A stretch of DNA of 64,000 nucleotides, taken from the human T2T-CHM13v2.0 reference genome, Homo sapiens. This document shows positions 1-15,425 of this stretch, piece by piece; position 1 is the first letter of the stretch, and the number at the start of each line of letters is the position of its first letter. The DNA is taken from NCBI RefSeq assembly GCF_009914755.1, contig NC_060927.1; one strand, written 5' to 3'. The translations under genes and the position numbers were made by a program. Below the pieces are notes generated by a model that did not search any database, was not told the DNA's origin, and was given only the letters and a program-made list of their open reading frames with translations.

Positions 1-41
1 AGCTCTGATAACCAAACACCACTTTTGAGTTGGATTGAAAC

Positions 42-1136
<1,095 letters not shown>

Positions 1137-1664
1137 AAATTGACCATTATTTTAAACTAAGAGGAACCTAGAAGCTCTTAAGCAGAGCCCTAGGCTCATC
1201 TTCAAATCACTAAGGTTGGGTTATAAATGGTTTTAGCTTCAGGTAAGGCTACCAAATTAGATCATTGTATTTAAATATACTATGTTGGCAATTCCTATCC
1301 TGCACAATGATGAAGTAGGCTCATAGCTTCAAGTTCCACCATTATTACAGAAAAATTTATTCTATGGAAACGCAACTTAGGGAAAGTCAAGATAGCTTTC
1401 TACAATTCACAAAAACTATGGAGACATACAAAGAAGTAAGATATGGCTCCTTCCTGCCTCCAAGACAGTTGAGCAGGGAGGACAAACACATAAACCTATA
1501 ATATAAAAGGCACAGCACTGATAGATACAACGTGCTATGGGATGACAAGGAAGAGATCCCATGAGTTTACACTTCAGGTCCTGGTTAATGGCACCAGTCT
1601 CACCTGCCTCAAAAGAAGCAAGGGCAAGGAGGCAGGTTCCAGGGAGAAGGAGAAACCTATAAAG

Positions 1665-1910
1665 TATGGCATAATAGGAAGAAGGATTCTAGAATCAGGC
1701 AGCCTGTGCTCAAACCCAGACTCTTTCACTAACTGTGTGAACACGTCCAAGTTACTTGGCCTCTCTAAGCCTCTGCTTCTTAATCTAAAAAAGGAGAATA
1801 GTAACTCCTGACCCAGAGCACTGTAGTGAGGATCAAATAAGACAACATCTGTGAAACACTTACCCCAGTGCCCCATAATTCAAAAGTGCTCACTCAATGA
1901 ACATTACCTA
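1665..1910 (+). mobile_element. MIR SINE
   Basis: MIR core: ctgtgtga...caagttacttggcctctctaagcctctgcttct...gtgaggatcaaataaga. Confidence 0.8.
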
Positions 1911-2999
1911 CTACTGTGATGGTTGTTGATAGCCTTGAGAGTTGAAATGGCTGACTTTGGGGACTAGGAGGGTGCAGGAACTAGACAGAGGGATTCCAGG
2001 CAGAAGGAAGAAAATAAGCACCCCCCACCAACAAAAAAAAAAAGAAAAAAAAAAACAGAGATTACATACAGGGGCCCACTTAGTAGTCCTGAGGTAGTAG
2101 AATATTCCTGGAGGTCTAGGTCAGGCACAGCTACAGCAAATAAAGACTGAGGCTAGACCAAGGCTCTTCCAGAATGGTTCAAATATACACTCATTCCTCA
2201 TGCTCTTCTGAGAAAAACGAAACAAAATCAGGCTTTTAAGATGATACCCTTTTTCTTCTGACAGGTACTGTAAATTGTGTCTCTGATATATTTTGAAGAG
2301 CCTATAAGGGAATGATAAATCAGGCAATATTACATATATTCATCAGTACCTTAATTGTTGTTAAATACTAACAACACCTAAAATTGATCTGTACCAAGAT
2401 TTACTGCTCTGACAAAAAACCACCTGGAAAAGAGCACATGATAATTAAGAACGACCAAGGGTTTGAAGCAATCTAACGCGTATGAACAAGATTTAAACTC
2501 CTCCCCGAGGGAATAACTAGGTGATGTTTATTCTGTAGATGAACAATGTGATTATAACAATGGAAGATTGATGAGATTTTTTTACTGTGGGAATCTGATT
2601 TAGCCGGCTAGCTCAGATAATAGGAGGATGCAAAACTAAGCCATCCAGTACCACTTAAAAATTCTTTGTGAGGGACACATCTTCAGTGACCTGAAAAAAA
2701 TGGACTGCAAGTCAGGCAGGCATATTAGGCAGCTACAAACTGTCATACAAAAAAACAGCATTTACCAAAAAGTTTCTAAATGCACCACAACTGAGTTCAA
2801 CCAAATTAGAGAGAAAAGGTAGGAAGAGAATTACATTCTTATCAGAAGCAAAGGAATTTTTTTTTCTTTTGGTGGTCTTTTGGGCCTACCAACTGTTATT
2901 TGAGTCTAACAGGTTATTCTTAGTAATCCCTCTTGTCCAGGAAAAGAGGAACTGCTTGGTCTATTTTAATAAACACACAAACTAAAAGCAAGGCAATAT

Positions 3000-3475
<476 letters not shown>

Positions 3476-3517
3476 AAGAGACATTCATTCGTTCATTCAA
3501 TACGTTTGCAAGATCTG

Positions 3518-3708
3518 CAGTGTCATTTATGGTATGTAGCCACTAGCCAAATGTGACTATTAACATTTCAGTTAGTTAAAATTAAATAAAATTAAAATTC
3601 AAGGATTTATTTGCACTAACCACATTTAAGTTCTCAATTAGCACATGTGGCTAATGTCTGCCATATACATTTTAATCATCACAGAAACTTCTATTGGACA
3701 CATCACTG
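3518..3708. mobile_element. MER3-type hAT-Charlie element
   Basis: gtagccactagcca...aaattaaataaaattaaaattc...cacatgtggcta...tctattggaca. Confidence 0.7.
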
Positions 3709-4230
3709 AACAAAGAAGACAAAGATCTTTGTACTCACAAAGTTTAGATTCTAGTGGTGGGAAAGCAGATACAATAAACATAAGTGACTCAGTTAAATGG
3801 TATGTTGGACGGACAGTTCAAGGCTAAGGACAAAAATTAAAAAACAAAGCAGCCTTAGAGGGATCAGGAGGATGGAAAGACAGGAATTTTAAATATGGCA
3901 GGTCTGGTAGTTTCAATGAAAAAGTTACATTAAAGGAGAGGCAGGCCGTGAGCTGCCCGGGATGGGGGCAGGGGGGTAGTTTCAAAGGGTAAAGCCTGTG
4001 CAAAAGCCCTAGGGCAGGTCTGTTTCCATAACAGCAAGGGTCCCATGTGGCTGCAGGAGAGTAAGGGGAGAAGGCAAGTAAAATGGTAGGAGAACAGAGG
4101 AGTATGGATCCTGGGTATGGAAAGGGCTTCCTTATCCATTGTCAAAGATTTGAGCACTTACATGAAACGAAATAAGGGGTCCTTGCAGTGTTTTGAGCAG
4201 ACAGGTAACATGCTTCAACCCGATCTCAAA
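3709..4230 (-). mobile_element. L2 LINE fragment
   Basis: Reverse L2 3'-region motifs (agtttagattctagtgg; gcaaaagccctagggcagg; ttttgagcagacaggtaacatg). Confidence 0.65.
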
Positions 4231-5864
4231 AGTTATTCTCGTTCAGCAAAAAATGACTATAAGTAAAAGTTATTATTATTTTTTAATTCAAGGTCATGTT
4301 CAGATGTAGAAAGATACTATCTGCAGTGGCAAAATGACTTTGTTTACAAGTTTTGGTAACCATGAGAAGCTTGTTAATGATACACAAACAAGTTATTAAA
4401 ATTTATCACTGTAAAATTCAGATACTTTTTCAAAATCCTCTATGAATATGCAGAGTCACAAGGTCTTACAGGTTACCACCCAGAACCAGTAGCCATCTTT
4501 GCTATAAAACTTTTCAGCAAATCCTGAGGAATGCAAAATCAGAGTTGCCCAATTGCCCAAAAGGTGGAACTCTGCTTGAGTGTCTCAACCTGAAAATTTG
4601 TTGATTACTTTATAGAGAGAAAGAGATGAAAATCTGTTAAATAGTTTCAATTTTTTCTTTTTTACCCCAACTCATGTAAATTGAATTCATCTACTCTAAC
4701 ATCCCAGTTAAATGTCAAAGCTTTGGGAATCAAGGTAGGGATTTTTATTTATTTTTCAAAGTTCAGTTCCCAGAAACAATGACACATTTTACCCACAAGT
4801 GAGAATGTTGTTATCTTGTAGGTAATCCAGCTACTGTTCTATGAACTGTAGGTCACTGTAGCCTGTCTACAAAATGCCATCATCAGCTTCAAGGCCTGTG
4901 TTCACTAAGACAGCCACATGGAAGTTATACTGAACAGGCAACCCTAAAATGACTGAGCGCCATCGCCTGAGATTTATTCCCTGAGGACCACCACCAACTG
5001 TGATCCAGCCAGAATTCTGGCAGGAAAATAAAGTAAGTTCACCTTCTGTAAGTTAAATCAAATGAACAATAAATCAAGGCATGTTGGGTCATTGGGAACT
5101 AACTGCTCAGATGCTCATGGCCGGTGAGTGAATCAACTGGCATCATTTTAAAGCATCTGGGCATAGCATTTTTGAGCTATAGAACATAAGAGGAGATTTT
5201 AGCAACCAAATTATTACCAACGTCAGTGATTGGAGTCCAGAACTGGAGCTGCTTTGATAGTTCATTCGTGTATTCCTTCATTCATTCAACAAATATGTGT
5301 TGAGGAACTCCTACAGGTAAATAATATTCTGTCTGCTAAAAATACAGAACTTTACATACAGTAAACTTGTCCACATGAAACTTAAAGTTTCAGTTTTAAC
5401 CTCCTCATGGCTCCCTCTTGGAGCCAGGAACCTTCCAGAGCTAGGAGACCTCAAGAGGTCTTTCATGGATGGGAAGGATTCAGAGACTGTTTTAGAGTGA
5501 TAAGGAACATAAGGTGTACTACCAGAAGGTGAATCTTCACAGGGTAAGAGGTGTATGTAAGCAGTAAGTTTTATATTCTCTATCCTGAAGCCAGAGCACC
5601 TAAGAGCTTCTTTCATTTCCCTCATCCACCCACAGAAGTCACCCCTAAGAACTGAAGCATTCTTCATCCCACCTCATTTCTGGCACAGCAAAACCAGAAG
5701 GAGCAGGGAAAACACATTCCCAGAGGCCAGACATATTAAGATACTGGAAGTAAGCAAAGGGGCTAATAGACCTAAACAATCAGCTTTGGGGAAAAGAAGA
5801 TCCTCTCTGTTGCAAACAGAGCTAAAAGGAACAGCCTAGAACAGAGCCTACAAGCCAAAGACAG

Positions 5865-6360
5865 TATATTAGCCAGGCTTCTCCAGAGAAGCAGAACCAA
5901 TGGGATAAATGTAGATATACAGAAAGAGATTTATTGTGAGGGATTGGCCCATGCCATTATGGAGGCTGAGAAGACCCACTATCTGCCATCTGCAAGCTGG
6001 AGGCCCAGGAAAGCAGGAGGTATAGTTCCAGCCCAAGCCCAGGGGCCTGTGAACCAGGAGAGTCAATAGTGTAAGTCCCTTTGGATCAAAGGCCCAAGAT
6101 ACAGGAGCTCTGATATCTGAGGACAGAAGAAGATGGATATACCTGCTCAAACAGAGACAGTGAATTTGCCATTTCTGCACGTTTTGTTCTATTCACGTCC
6201 TCAAGAGATTGGGTGATGCTCAGTCGCCTTGATGAGGGTGACTTTTACTTAGTCTGCTGATTCACATGCTAATCTCTTCCAGAAACACCCTCGCAGACAC
6301 ACCCAGGAATAATGAGCATATCTCTTAGCCCAGTCAAGTTGACACAAAATTAACCATCAC
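5865..6360 (-). mobile_element. MLT2B-type ERVL solo LTR
   Basis: ttctccagagaagcagaaccaat...ggaggctgagaagacccac...cagtcaagttgacacaaaattaaccatcac, the reverse of the MLT2 start TGTGATGGTTAAT. Confidence 0.85.
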
Positions 6361-6364
6361 TTGT

Positions 6365-6769
6365 GTCCTGCCACGTATTTTTGTTAACAAAGCTTTACTG
6401 GAACACAGCCAGTTATTTGTTTACATATTGTCTATGGCTGCTTTTGATATAAATTCTACTGTCCAATATAGTAGCCACTGGCCACATAAAATGTGCCTTA
6501 TCCAAATTCAGACATGGTGTAAGGGTAAAATACACACCAGACCTCAAAGACTGAGTAGGAAAAAAACTGTAAAATACCTCATCAATAATTTTTTATATTG
6601 ATTACAGGGAAAAAACTAATATTTTTAATATTTTTGGCTAAGTGAAATATATTATTAGAATTAATCTCATCTGTTTCTTTTTACTCCTTGTAATGTGGCT
6701 ACTACAAAATGTAAAATTACATATGGGGCTTACATCTGTGGTTCACAGTATATTTCTATTGGACAGCCT
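6365..6769. mobile_element. MER58 fragment followed by MER33 (hAT-Charlie)
   Basis: ttactggaacacagcc...tattgtctatggctgctttt, then ctgtccaatatagtagccac ... tttctattggacag inverted termini. Confidence 0.7.
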
Positions 6770-7124
6770 GGCACAGAAGGAAAGACTCCAGTATGTATAC
6801 AGACCCTGGAGACAAGTTGAATAGAAAAACTCTGTTCTTACTCTACCTTCCACTTTATGTCTGTTTTTAATACTCCAACCCCAGGTCTTTCTTTTAATAA
6901 TTATCCTAAATTAACAAACACACAAATCTGAAATTCTTGCAGGTCACTATTGCTGAAAATTCAACAGAAGAAAATCTGTGTATATCAGAATTTCACACAA
7001 AGATGGGTCAGTGGCTGGGCTGCATAGTGGATATTTGCTGCCTACCAACATTCTTTCTACTATAGCAAGACTCTAAGCAAACTCCACAAGGGAGACACTC
7101 TGAAGTTTCATGATCTACATAGAT

Positions 7125-8452
7125 GCTCAACTAAGGTACCAAGTCATTTAATGAAGAAATAATAATCTCTTCAGCAAATTGTGCTGGAACAACTGAATAA
7201 CCACACATGCCAAGAATAAAGCTGGACCCCTTCCTCACACCATATATAAAAATTAACCCAAAATGGAGCAATGATCTAAATATAAGTGCTAAACTGTAAA
7301 ACTCTTTGAAGAAAGCATAGGGGTAAAATCATTACCCTCACATTTGGCAATGAATTCTTATATATGACACCAAAAGCACAAGCAACAAAAGAAAAAATAG
7401 ATAAGTGGTACCTCCTCAAAATTAGAAACCTTGGTACATCAAAGACATTATCAAAAAAATGAAAAGACAATCTACAGAGTGAGAGAACATATTTGTAAAT
7501 CATATATTTGACAAGGGTCTAGTATCCAGAATATACAGTATAAGAAATTCTTACAACTCAACAACAATAAAAACAAACAAACAAAAACAACAAAAAAACC
7601 AGGTAATGGGTAGAGGACTTTAACAGACATTTCTCCAGAAAAAACATGCAAATAGCCAACAAGCACCTGAAAAGATGCTCATCATTAGTCATTAGGGAAA
7701 TGCAAATGAAAACCACAATGACATGCTACTTCACACCTAATAGGATGGCTATTATTTTCTTTAATGGAAAATAACAAATGTTGGTAAAGATATAGAGAAA
7801 CTGGAACTCTCCAACAATGCTGGTGGGAATATACAGTGACTTAGCCACTGTGGAAAATAGTTTTGTAGTTTCTCAAAAATTTAGATATGGAATTACCATG
7901 TACCCCAGAAATCTCACTGGTAGGTATATATCCAAAAGGATTGAAAACAGGTTCTAAAACAGGTACCTGTGCATACATGTTCATAGCAGCACTATACACA
8001 ATAGCCAAAAGGTGGAAACAGCCCACTTGTCCATCAACACCCATCAATGAATCAAAGGATAAGCAAATTGTAATATATCCATACAATGCAATATTATTCA
8101 GCCCTAAGAAAGGAATAAAATTCTGATACATCTTATAACCTGGGTGAACCTTGAAAACATGCCAAGTGAAAGAAACAAGACACAAAAGATCATATATTGT
8201 ATCATTCCATTTACATAAAATATCCAGAATAGGTAAATCCACATAGATAGAATACAGATTGGTGGCTGACAAGGGTTTGGGGAAATGAGGAGAAGCTGCA
8301 TTGAAATGAGGAGTTTTATTTTAGAAGGATGGAAATGTTTTGGAACTGGATAGAGATGATGATTGCACGGCACTGTCAGTGAGTTAAACGCCACTGGATT
8401 GCTCACTTTAAAATGGATTTTTTGTTATATGACTCTTATCTTAATAAATTTT
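7125..8452 (+). mobile_element. L1MB-type LINE-1, 3' portion (ORF2 C-terminus plus 3'UTR)
   Basis: Degenerate ORF2 peptide (ELPCTPEISLVGIYPK...MFIAALYTIAKRWKQP); L1MB 3'UTR ggaaatgttttggaactggataga...cactttaaaatgg. Confidence 0.9.
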
Positions 8453-9145
8453 TAAATCATATATTTTTTGCATTTCACATGTCACAATTCTGATCTTTTA
8501 AATGTAAAATACATTTTACATTACTTAACTATTTCTAGTCCTCACTTCTCCTCCAAAAAAATTACATTACAGTTGACACTAGATTTTGTTAAACTACCCA
8601 AAATTTACTTTGCATATATCCCTCTTGTGCACAAGTTAGTCAGAATTAGTTTCTGTTGTTTGCAATCACATAACTTTAATTGATATGGTACCTTAGTATG
8701 TCAGTCAGGAAGCCTGAGGTCTAATTCTAGGTCTGCATCTAATTAGCTGGTAATCTCGGGAGAAATTATTTAAATTAGCTTGGCTTTAGCTTTCTCATAT
8801 GTAAACTCAAAGGATTAGACTAAATTATTCCTGAGGGTTTAAAATTCCATAAATGACATAACATCTCCTTTTAAAATATTATCCAAGAAGAAGTAATTGT
8901 CAGATAGTGATGATGTGACATTTTTTCCAGTAAAAAGTAAATTTGGAAGGTAGGCCCTGCTTTTACTCTAGTTAGTCCCTCCACCTCACTCTTCTGGCTC
9001 CTCAGTAATGTTTAGCATGCATATTCCAATAGATAAAATCCCTCAAAGGTGTTCAGTTTCATTTCTCTGATGTGAAAGGGCAAATCAAATGAAATGGTTA
9101 GAGACAATGCTCAAAATTTAAAGCTGTATCTAAGTTTCCCAACTC

Positions 9146-9558
9146 GATTAGGCCATTCTTACATTGCTATGAAGAACTACCTGAGACTGGGTAATTTATA
9201 AAGAGGTTTAATTGGCTCACAGTTCTGGAGGCTGTACGAGCATGGCACTGGCATCTGCTCGGCTTCTGGGGAGGCCTCAGGGAGCTTTGACTCATGGCAG
9301 AAGGCGAAATAGTAGCAGGCACTTCACATGGGGAAAGCAGGGGCAGAACAGAGTGTGGTAGGTTCCACACACCTTTGAACAGCCAGATCTCCAAAACTCA
9401 CTCACTATTGTGGGGATAGCACCAAGGGACTGATGCTAAGCTATTCATGAGGGATCAGCCCCCCCTGATCTAATCACCCCCTACCAGGCCCCACCTCCAA
9501 CACTGGGGATTACCATTCAACATGAGATTTGAGGAGACAAAACATCCAAACTATATCA
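9146..9558 (-). mobile_element. MSTB-like MaLR solo LTR
   Basis: ttaggccattcttacattgctatgaagaactacctgagactgggtaatttata ... aacatccaaactatatca. Confidence 0.88.
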
Positions 9559-10043
9559 CTAACCGAGTGTTCAGATTGTAGTATAGAAACTATCCAAGGG
9601 CACTTCAAATGTTCCTCTTATCATTGAAGGGGCTGAACAATAATTTGACCCAAAAGCTTGGCATTCTGCTTTTACTAGACTAGGCTGGTATTATAATGAC
9701 CTTTCCTTTTGAAAAACAATAGTGGTTTCTATCTGTTGTCTTGTAAAGATGAGTTTTATATTATTAAGAATAATAAAAGATTAAAAAATGTTTTAAGCAT
9801 TTCATCCAGAAGCTACAAAGCATTATGTTGGGGAAGTTTGAGGAGTTTATTAGGTCAATCTAGGCTCTAATATACTCAGATTATTGATTTAAACCGGTGA
9901 GCACAATAAATCACACTGGTCATGGAGGTGGCACCAGCTGAAAGTGAGAACACAGATCAATTACCCGAGAGTTCTGGGCTTTCTCACTGACTTGCCATTA
10001 AAAAATTACCTTCGTGGTTTCACCTCAAAGATCAGTCTGCTTT

Positions 10044-10354
10044 GTTTTGTTTTTTTTTTTTTTTTGTTTTTTTGAGATGGAGTCTCGCTCTTTCGCCTAG
10101 GCCGGAGTGCAGTGGCACTATCTCCGCTCACTGCAAGCTCCGCCTCCCGAGTTCACGCCACTCTACTGCCTCAGCCTCTCGAGTACTTGGGACTACAGGC
10201 ACCCGCCACTGCACCCGGCTAATTTTTTGTATTTTTAGTAGAGACAGGGTTTCACCGTGTTAGCCAGGATGGTCTCGATCTCCTGACCTCGTGATCCATC
10301 CGTCTCGGTCTCCCAAAGTGCTCGGATTACAGGCGTGAGCCACCGTGCCCGGCC
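10044..10354 (-). mobile_element. AluY
   Basis: AluY diagnostics (gcaagctccgcc; caccgtgttagccaggatggtctcgatc); TSD cagtctgcttt at 10033-10043 and 10355-10365. Confidence 0.96.
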
Positions 10355-10667
10355 CAGTCTGCTTTTTTTATGCAAACTTTGACCGCTTAGAAAAGCGCTA
10401 CAAGACTGGAGTGGTTATGCTTGGCTCTGGTGTCAGAGTGCTTGGATTCTAGCTAAAATCCACCCAGGGAGTGTCGCTTAACCTTATTTTCTCTCCGTTT
10501 CCTCAACTGTAAAGCAAGAAAAATAATAGTGTTTCCCAAAGCCTGGCACATATACCACTGGGAGTATACCAGATGATATTAGATGGTACATGAGTGGTTT
10601 TCTTCTTCTGTTAACAATTATGTGTTTAATTCCCAGCATATTAAAATATATATAATTAGCACATCAA

Positions 10668-11053
10668 ATGCTATGGTTTGAATGTGTCACCCAAAGTCCA
10701 TGTGTTGGAAACTTAATTCCCAGTGCAACAGAGGTGGGTCCTTCAAGGGGCAATTAGGTCACGAGGGCTCTGGCCTCATGAATGAATTAATTATGTTATC
10801 AGAGAAGTGGGTTAGTTATCACCAGAGTGGATTCCTGATAAAACGAATGAGTTAGGCCTTTTTCCCTCACTCATGTGTGCATGTCTTTTATCCTTCTGCC
10901 ATTGGATGACTCATCAAGTAGGCCTTTGCCAAATGCAGACCCTTGATCTTAGATGTCCCAGCCTCTAGGACCATGAGACAAATACATTTCTATTCATTAT
11001 AAGTTACCCAGTCTCACATATTCTATTATAGCAGCACAAAAGGGACTAAAACA
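10668..11053 (+). mobile_element. MST-family (MSTC/D-like) MaLR solo LTR
   Basis: tgctatggtttgaatgtgtc ... ttatagcagcacaaaagggactaaaaca. Confidence 0.85.
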
Positions 11054-11129
11054 CCACACTAAAATTATTGCGTAGGACAAATCTAAGTCAAGGAAAAGAA
11101 GTGCGCTCCAAACAGTCCTAGTCAGTCAG

Positions 11130-12200
11130 GGAAAGTTCTTTACAGAAAAAGTCTAGTTGACAAATGGAAAATAATTAACAGAATTAGAAATCATGATTTT
11201 TGCAATTACTTAATGACATAATTGATTTAAGTAACAATCATCAATTGAAGAAACAATCACATGAAAAATTAATATGGAACTTTAAAATGGAATAGTCAGT
11301 CTGTTACCTGCCAAAACCAATGATGAATCTCAGCTTCAATAAAACAGGTTCTGAATAGTGGATGCTTCCTAATAAACGTAGTAAAGACACCCTCTGCAAA
11401 GCATTCTTGCCAAAAACATTTACGTTAAATCAAATTTAGAGACAGCATCCCTTAAGAAAAAATAAGAGTGGTGAAGGAACACATTAAAGAAGAGCATATG
11501 AAACCAGAATGTGTGACTTCCTACAGAACAAAAGATCCTGCTTCTATAACAAGTCTACAGTGGGAATGGAGGCAGGATTTCTCTAGGTTAAGAGACTTAA
11601 GGAACATATGTAATATAATGTTTGAATTTGTTTGAATATGAAAATAAGGAAAAACAGTAAATGACATTTTCAAGTCAGTTGGGGAAGTTTCAATGTGGAG
11701 CTGGATTAGACAATACCAAATAATTACTGTTTATATTGCTTGATATAATAATGGCATTGTGCTTAAGTACAAAAATGCCCATATTTGTTACAGCTGCATT
11801 CTGAAATACATCAGAGTAAAGTGAAGTGATGTCTGCAATTTGCTTTAAAATACTTCAGAAGAGAAAAAGAAAGGAGGGGAGGGAAAAAGACAATATGAAG
11901 AAAATGTAGTAAAAATCTTGATGATTATTGAATCTAGGTATACAACCTGCTTGATAATTTGCAGGACCCAGAGCAAAATAAAAATGCAGGGTCTCTTATA
12001 ACTGCTTAAGAATTTCAAAACAGTGACAGAAGAACCAAATAACCACATTAAACCAAATGTGGGCCTTCATAAGCCATGGGCTCTGAACAACTCTCAGGCT
12101 GCATGCACATGAAGCCTGCTCTATGTGTTAGATAATATGGAAATTAATTGCACTATTCACTCTACTTGGTGCATATTTGGAAAACTTCCATAATAATTTA
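11130..12200 (+). mobile_element. Old L1M (L1MC/ME) 3'UTR fragment
   Basis: Similar to L1MC/ME 3' ends (agaattagaaatcatg; tgtgatataataatggcattgtg-like; tgattattgaatctaggt). Confidence 0.6.
11943..12122 (-). mobile_element. MER45A (hAT-Tip100) nested in the old L1
   Basis: ataatttgcaggacccagagcaaaataaaaatgcagggtc...ttaagaatttcaa...catgaagcctgctct is the reverse of MER45A. Confidence 0.75.
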
Positions 12201-12603
12201 AAGGGGATCACTTAAAAATATATATATATAAAGTAAAGATTATATGAGGAAATAGCAAAAATCAGGAAGGCTACAATTGGCCGCAATTTCCAAGATACTG
12301 ATGTAATCATGAAAGACACTCAATGTGGTGCCTGACACACAGCAAATGCTCAGGTTAGCTCCTACTACTGTTGCTACCACCAGCACTACCATTTTGACAA
12401 AGACTACCCTTGTATCTAGTAAGAAACATGAACGTTTTATAGAGATTACTACAACAACATTTTACAGAAAGGTTACTTTAGACATCGTGAAATCCTTACT
12501 GGGAGATCTACTTATATACAGAAAGTCTTACAATTCTTACCAATATTTCTGATTGTATTTTGCTCCCTTGTGCCCTATATTCTTTAAAACTTGCGAGGGA
12601 TTT

Positions 12604-13010
12604 CCATCAATGACAGACTGGATAAAGAAAATGTGGCACATATACACCATAGAATACTACACAGCCATAAAAAAGGATGACTTCATGTCCTTTGCAGGGA
12701 CATGGATGAAGCTGGAAACCATCATTCTCAGCAAACTAACACAAGAACAGAAAACCAAACACCACATGTTCTCTCTCATAAGTGGGAGTTGAACAATGAG
12801 AACACATGGACACAGGGAGGGGAACATCACATACCGGGGCCTATTTGAGGGGTAGGAGTCTGCGGGGGTTAGCATTAGGAGAAATACCTAATGCAGATGA
12901 CGGGTTGATGGGTGTAGCACCCACCATGGCACATGTATACCTATGTAACAAACCTGCACATTCTGCACACATATCCTGGAACTTAAAGTATAAAAAAACA
13001 AACAAACAAA
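12604..13010 (+). mobile_element. 5'-truncated L1PA7/8-type LINE-1
   Basis: ORF2 end [11 protein letters not shown]...[12 protein letters not shown] plus 3'UTR and A-rich tail; TSD aaaacttg(cg/ta)agggat at 12586-12601 and 13011-13026. Confidence 0.93.
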
Positions 13011-14242
13011 AAAACTTGTAAGGGATATCAACTGTGGGCCACAACAGCACTTAGAACAGAATATTATTACTAACTTGAAGATTCTTCTGAAAGCCAGACT
13101 CCTCTTTGTAATTCAAGTGACATCACTTACAGTAGCAAAGAAAGAGCATCAGAATGAAATAAGTCCTTGTGGGTCTCAATCATGGTGAATAATACTGTGG
13201 TTTTTCTTGAATGAGAAAGGGCATTTGCAAACCTCAAAGGGGTTTAACGAAACCTTACTCTCCCCTTTAAATGTCCAAATTAAGCTTCTTTGGAATAAAA
13301 CCTTCTCAAAAGAAAGCAAATGTAAAAGTTAGATTATTGTATATGACCTAAAACATTTGCTGAATCACAATAAACACATACCAGCATCTACTATAGCCTG
13401 TTACCTAAATCAAGTTTCACAGACCCAGAGAATTCCTCCGCCTTATTTTGTTTTTTAAACATTGGATTGAAAGTACTATTGAGGATCAGCATGATCAGTG
13501 CAAACCTTATTTTGCACAAAGAGCAATTTAGGAAAAATGGATAAGGTGATAGGCCACCAATTTATTTGTCTATCCAGAATGATAATGGTTTTATTAAATC
13601 CCTTAAAGAAAGATGAATTTTTATAAGCTAGACTATCTAATTTGTTAAATAGCACATCAATCTGAATATTGTCACTGTTTTTTAAAATACTCTAATGTTA
13701 ATATTTTGGCATGTTTGAATTGAGGCAACACAGAGTTTTCTAATCGTTAATCTTTAACTTGATGAAGGGATCTACACAGAATGAAGCAGACTACACACGG
13801 CCCAAGGGTAGTGGAGATGTGTGTGGTATCTGTTGCTTCTATTAAACATTTGCACATGAAGCATGGGTATATGCTAGCAGAAGAACACTTTCAGACATCC
13901 CATCCCTATTCAGTTATCCTTCAAATCATATGGCAACAACACAATAAGAGCCACTTATACCTTATTCCCCCGATGGAAACTCTTTGCCTCTTCAGAGAGC
14001 CCATAACCAGCTGAGGGCCCAGGCCTGACTGGTAACCCCTCAGGGAGGGAGCATGTCCATAAATCAGCAATATAGCAGAGATGGGGCTTCTTATCCTTGG
14101 CAGCCATTTTCCCTGCCTCCCCTTCCTCCCCTAGGACATCCCCTCTCTGCCCTGGTATGCATCTTGGACACTGGATGTCTCAACTCAGTTTAGAACTTAC
14201 TAAAACAAGGTTTAATAACCTCATATTAAAATTTTCAAGACT

Positions 14243-14529
<287 letters not shown>

Positions 14530-15049
14530 AAAATTTACAAGACTACCGAGAATCCGCACCTCCTAAGAAATGGAGATCAAGTCTGTGCGAGTCATCATTC
14601 CTCTTGGGTCTCTTGATTTATCTATCAATTAGCAACACTATTTGACCTTCTACCTATGTGTGATCATGGATATTAATCAGCCCTTCTTTTTACTGATATA
14701 ATTCCTACTTTTTCAGAAATCTGACAAACTCACAATTGCTGATATCTACCCTTTCCTCCTTACGAAGATAGAAATGCCCATCTATAATTTATAGACAGGT
14801 ATGATTCCACAATTTAAAAAATAAAGCAAAAAAAAAAAAAATCCGCTCAACTCAAGGCTTATACATCACTGATTCCCTCAATGCCCTTACTTGGAAAGCA
14901 GTAATTCTTTTGAGCTAATAAAATGCATGTTATGAACCAGAACAATACCTTAAAGATATAACAAAAGTAATTATGATAATAATGAAAAAAGTGAGAATTT
15001 CAAAATCTTTGTGTAGTTCTTGAAAGTATAGTGCAGTATAATGTGAGAA

Positions 15050-15425
15050 CTGAAGGCTGTTTACCAAAAATTCATATATCTCTCCTTCTAAATATTTATT
15101 ATTTTTGAACAGACCCGCTTGTGTGGCCAGGTGACTTTAGCCAGTGGCATATGTGCCAATTCTGTTAAGTATTTTAAGAAATGGTTTTACCTTCTTTCTC
15201 TTTCTCTCCCTTCCACCGTCTGGATGTAGATAGCACTACGGACCTAGGGAAAGGCAGAAACACAAGATGGGAGACATATGAAATATCCCAGGAAGAAAAC
15301 TCTTTTGCAGAAGCACTGATACCAGACTGTTACGTAAATGAAAAAAAACTTCCATTTAGTTTAAGCCATTATTACATTTTGGAGTCTATAATGCTAAAGC
15401 AGCTAGTATCACCCTGGTTAATTAA
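15050..15425 (+). mobile_element. Old ERVL/MaLR LTR (MLT1J/LTR16-like)
   Basis: gtggccaggtgactttagccagtgg ... gtttaagccatt...ttttggagtct...agcagctag; weak similarity. Confidence 0.45.

Noticed and set aside
7841-8406. 143-aa and 100-aa minus-strand ORFs
   Set aside because: Antisense readings of L1MB sequence
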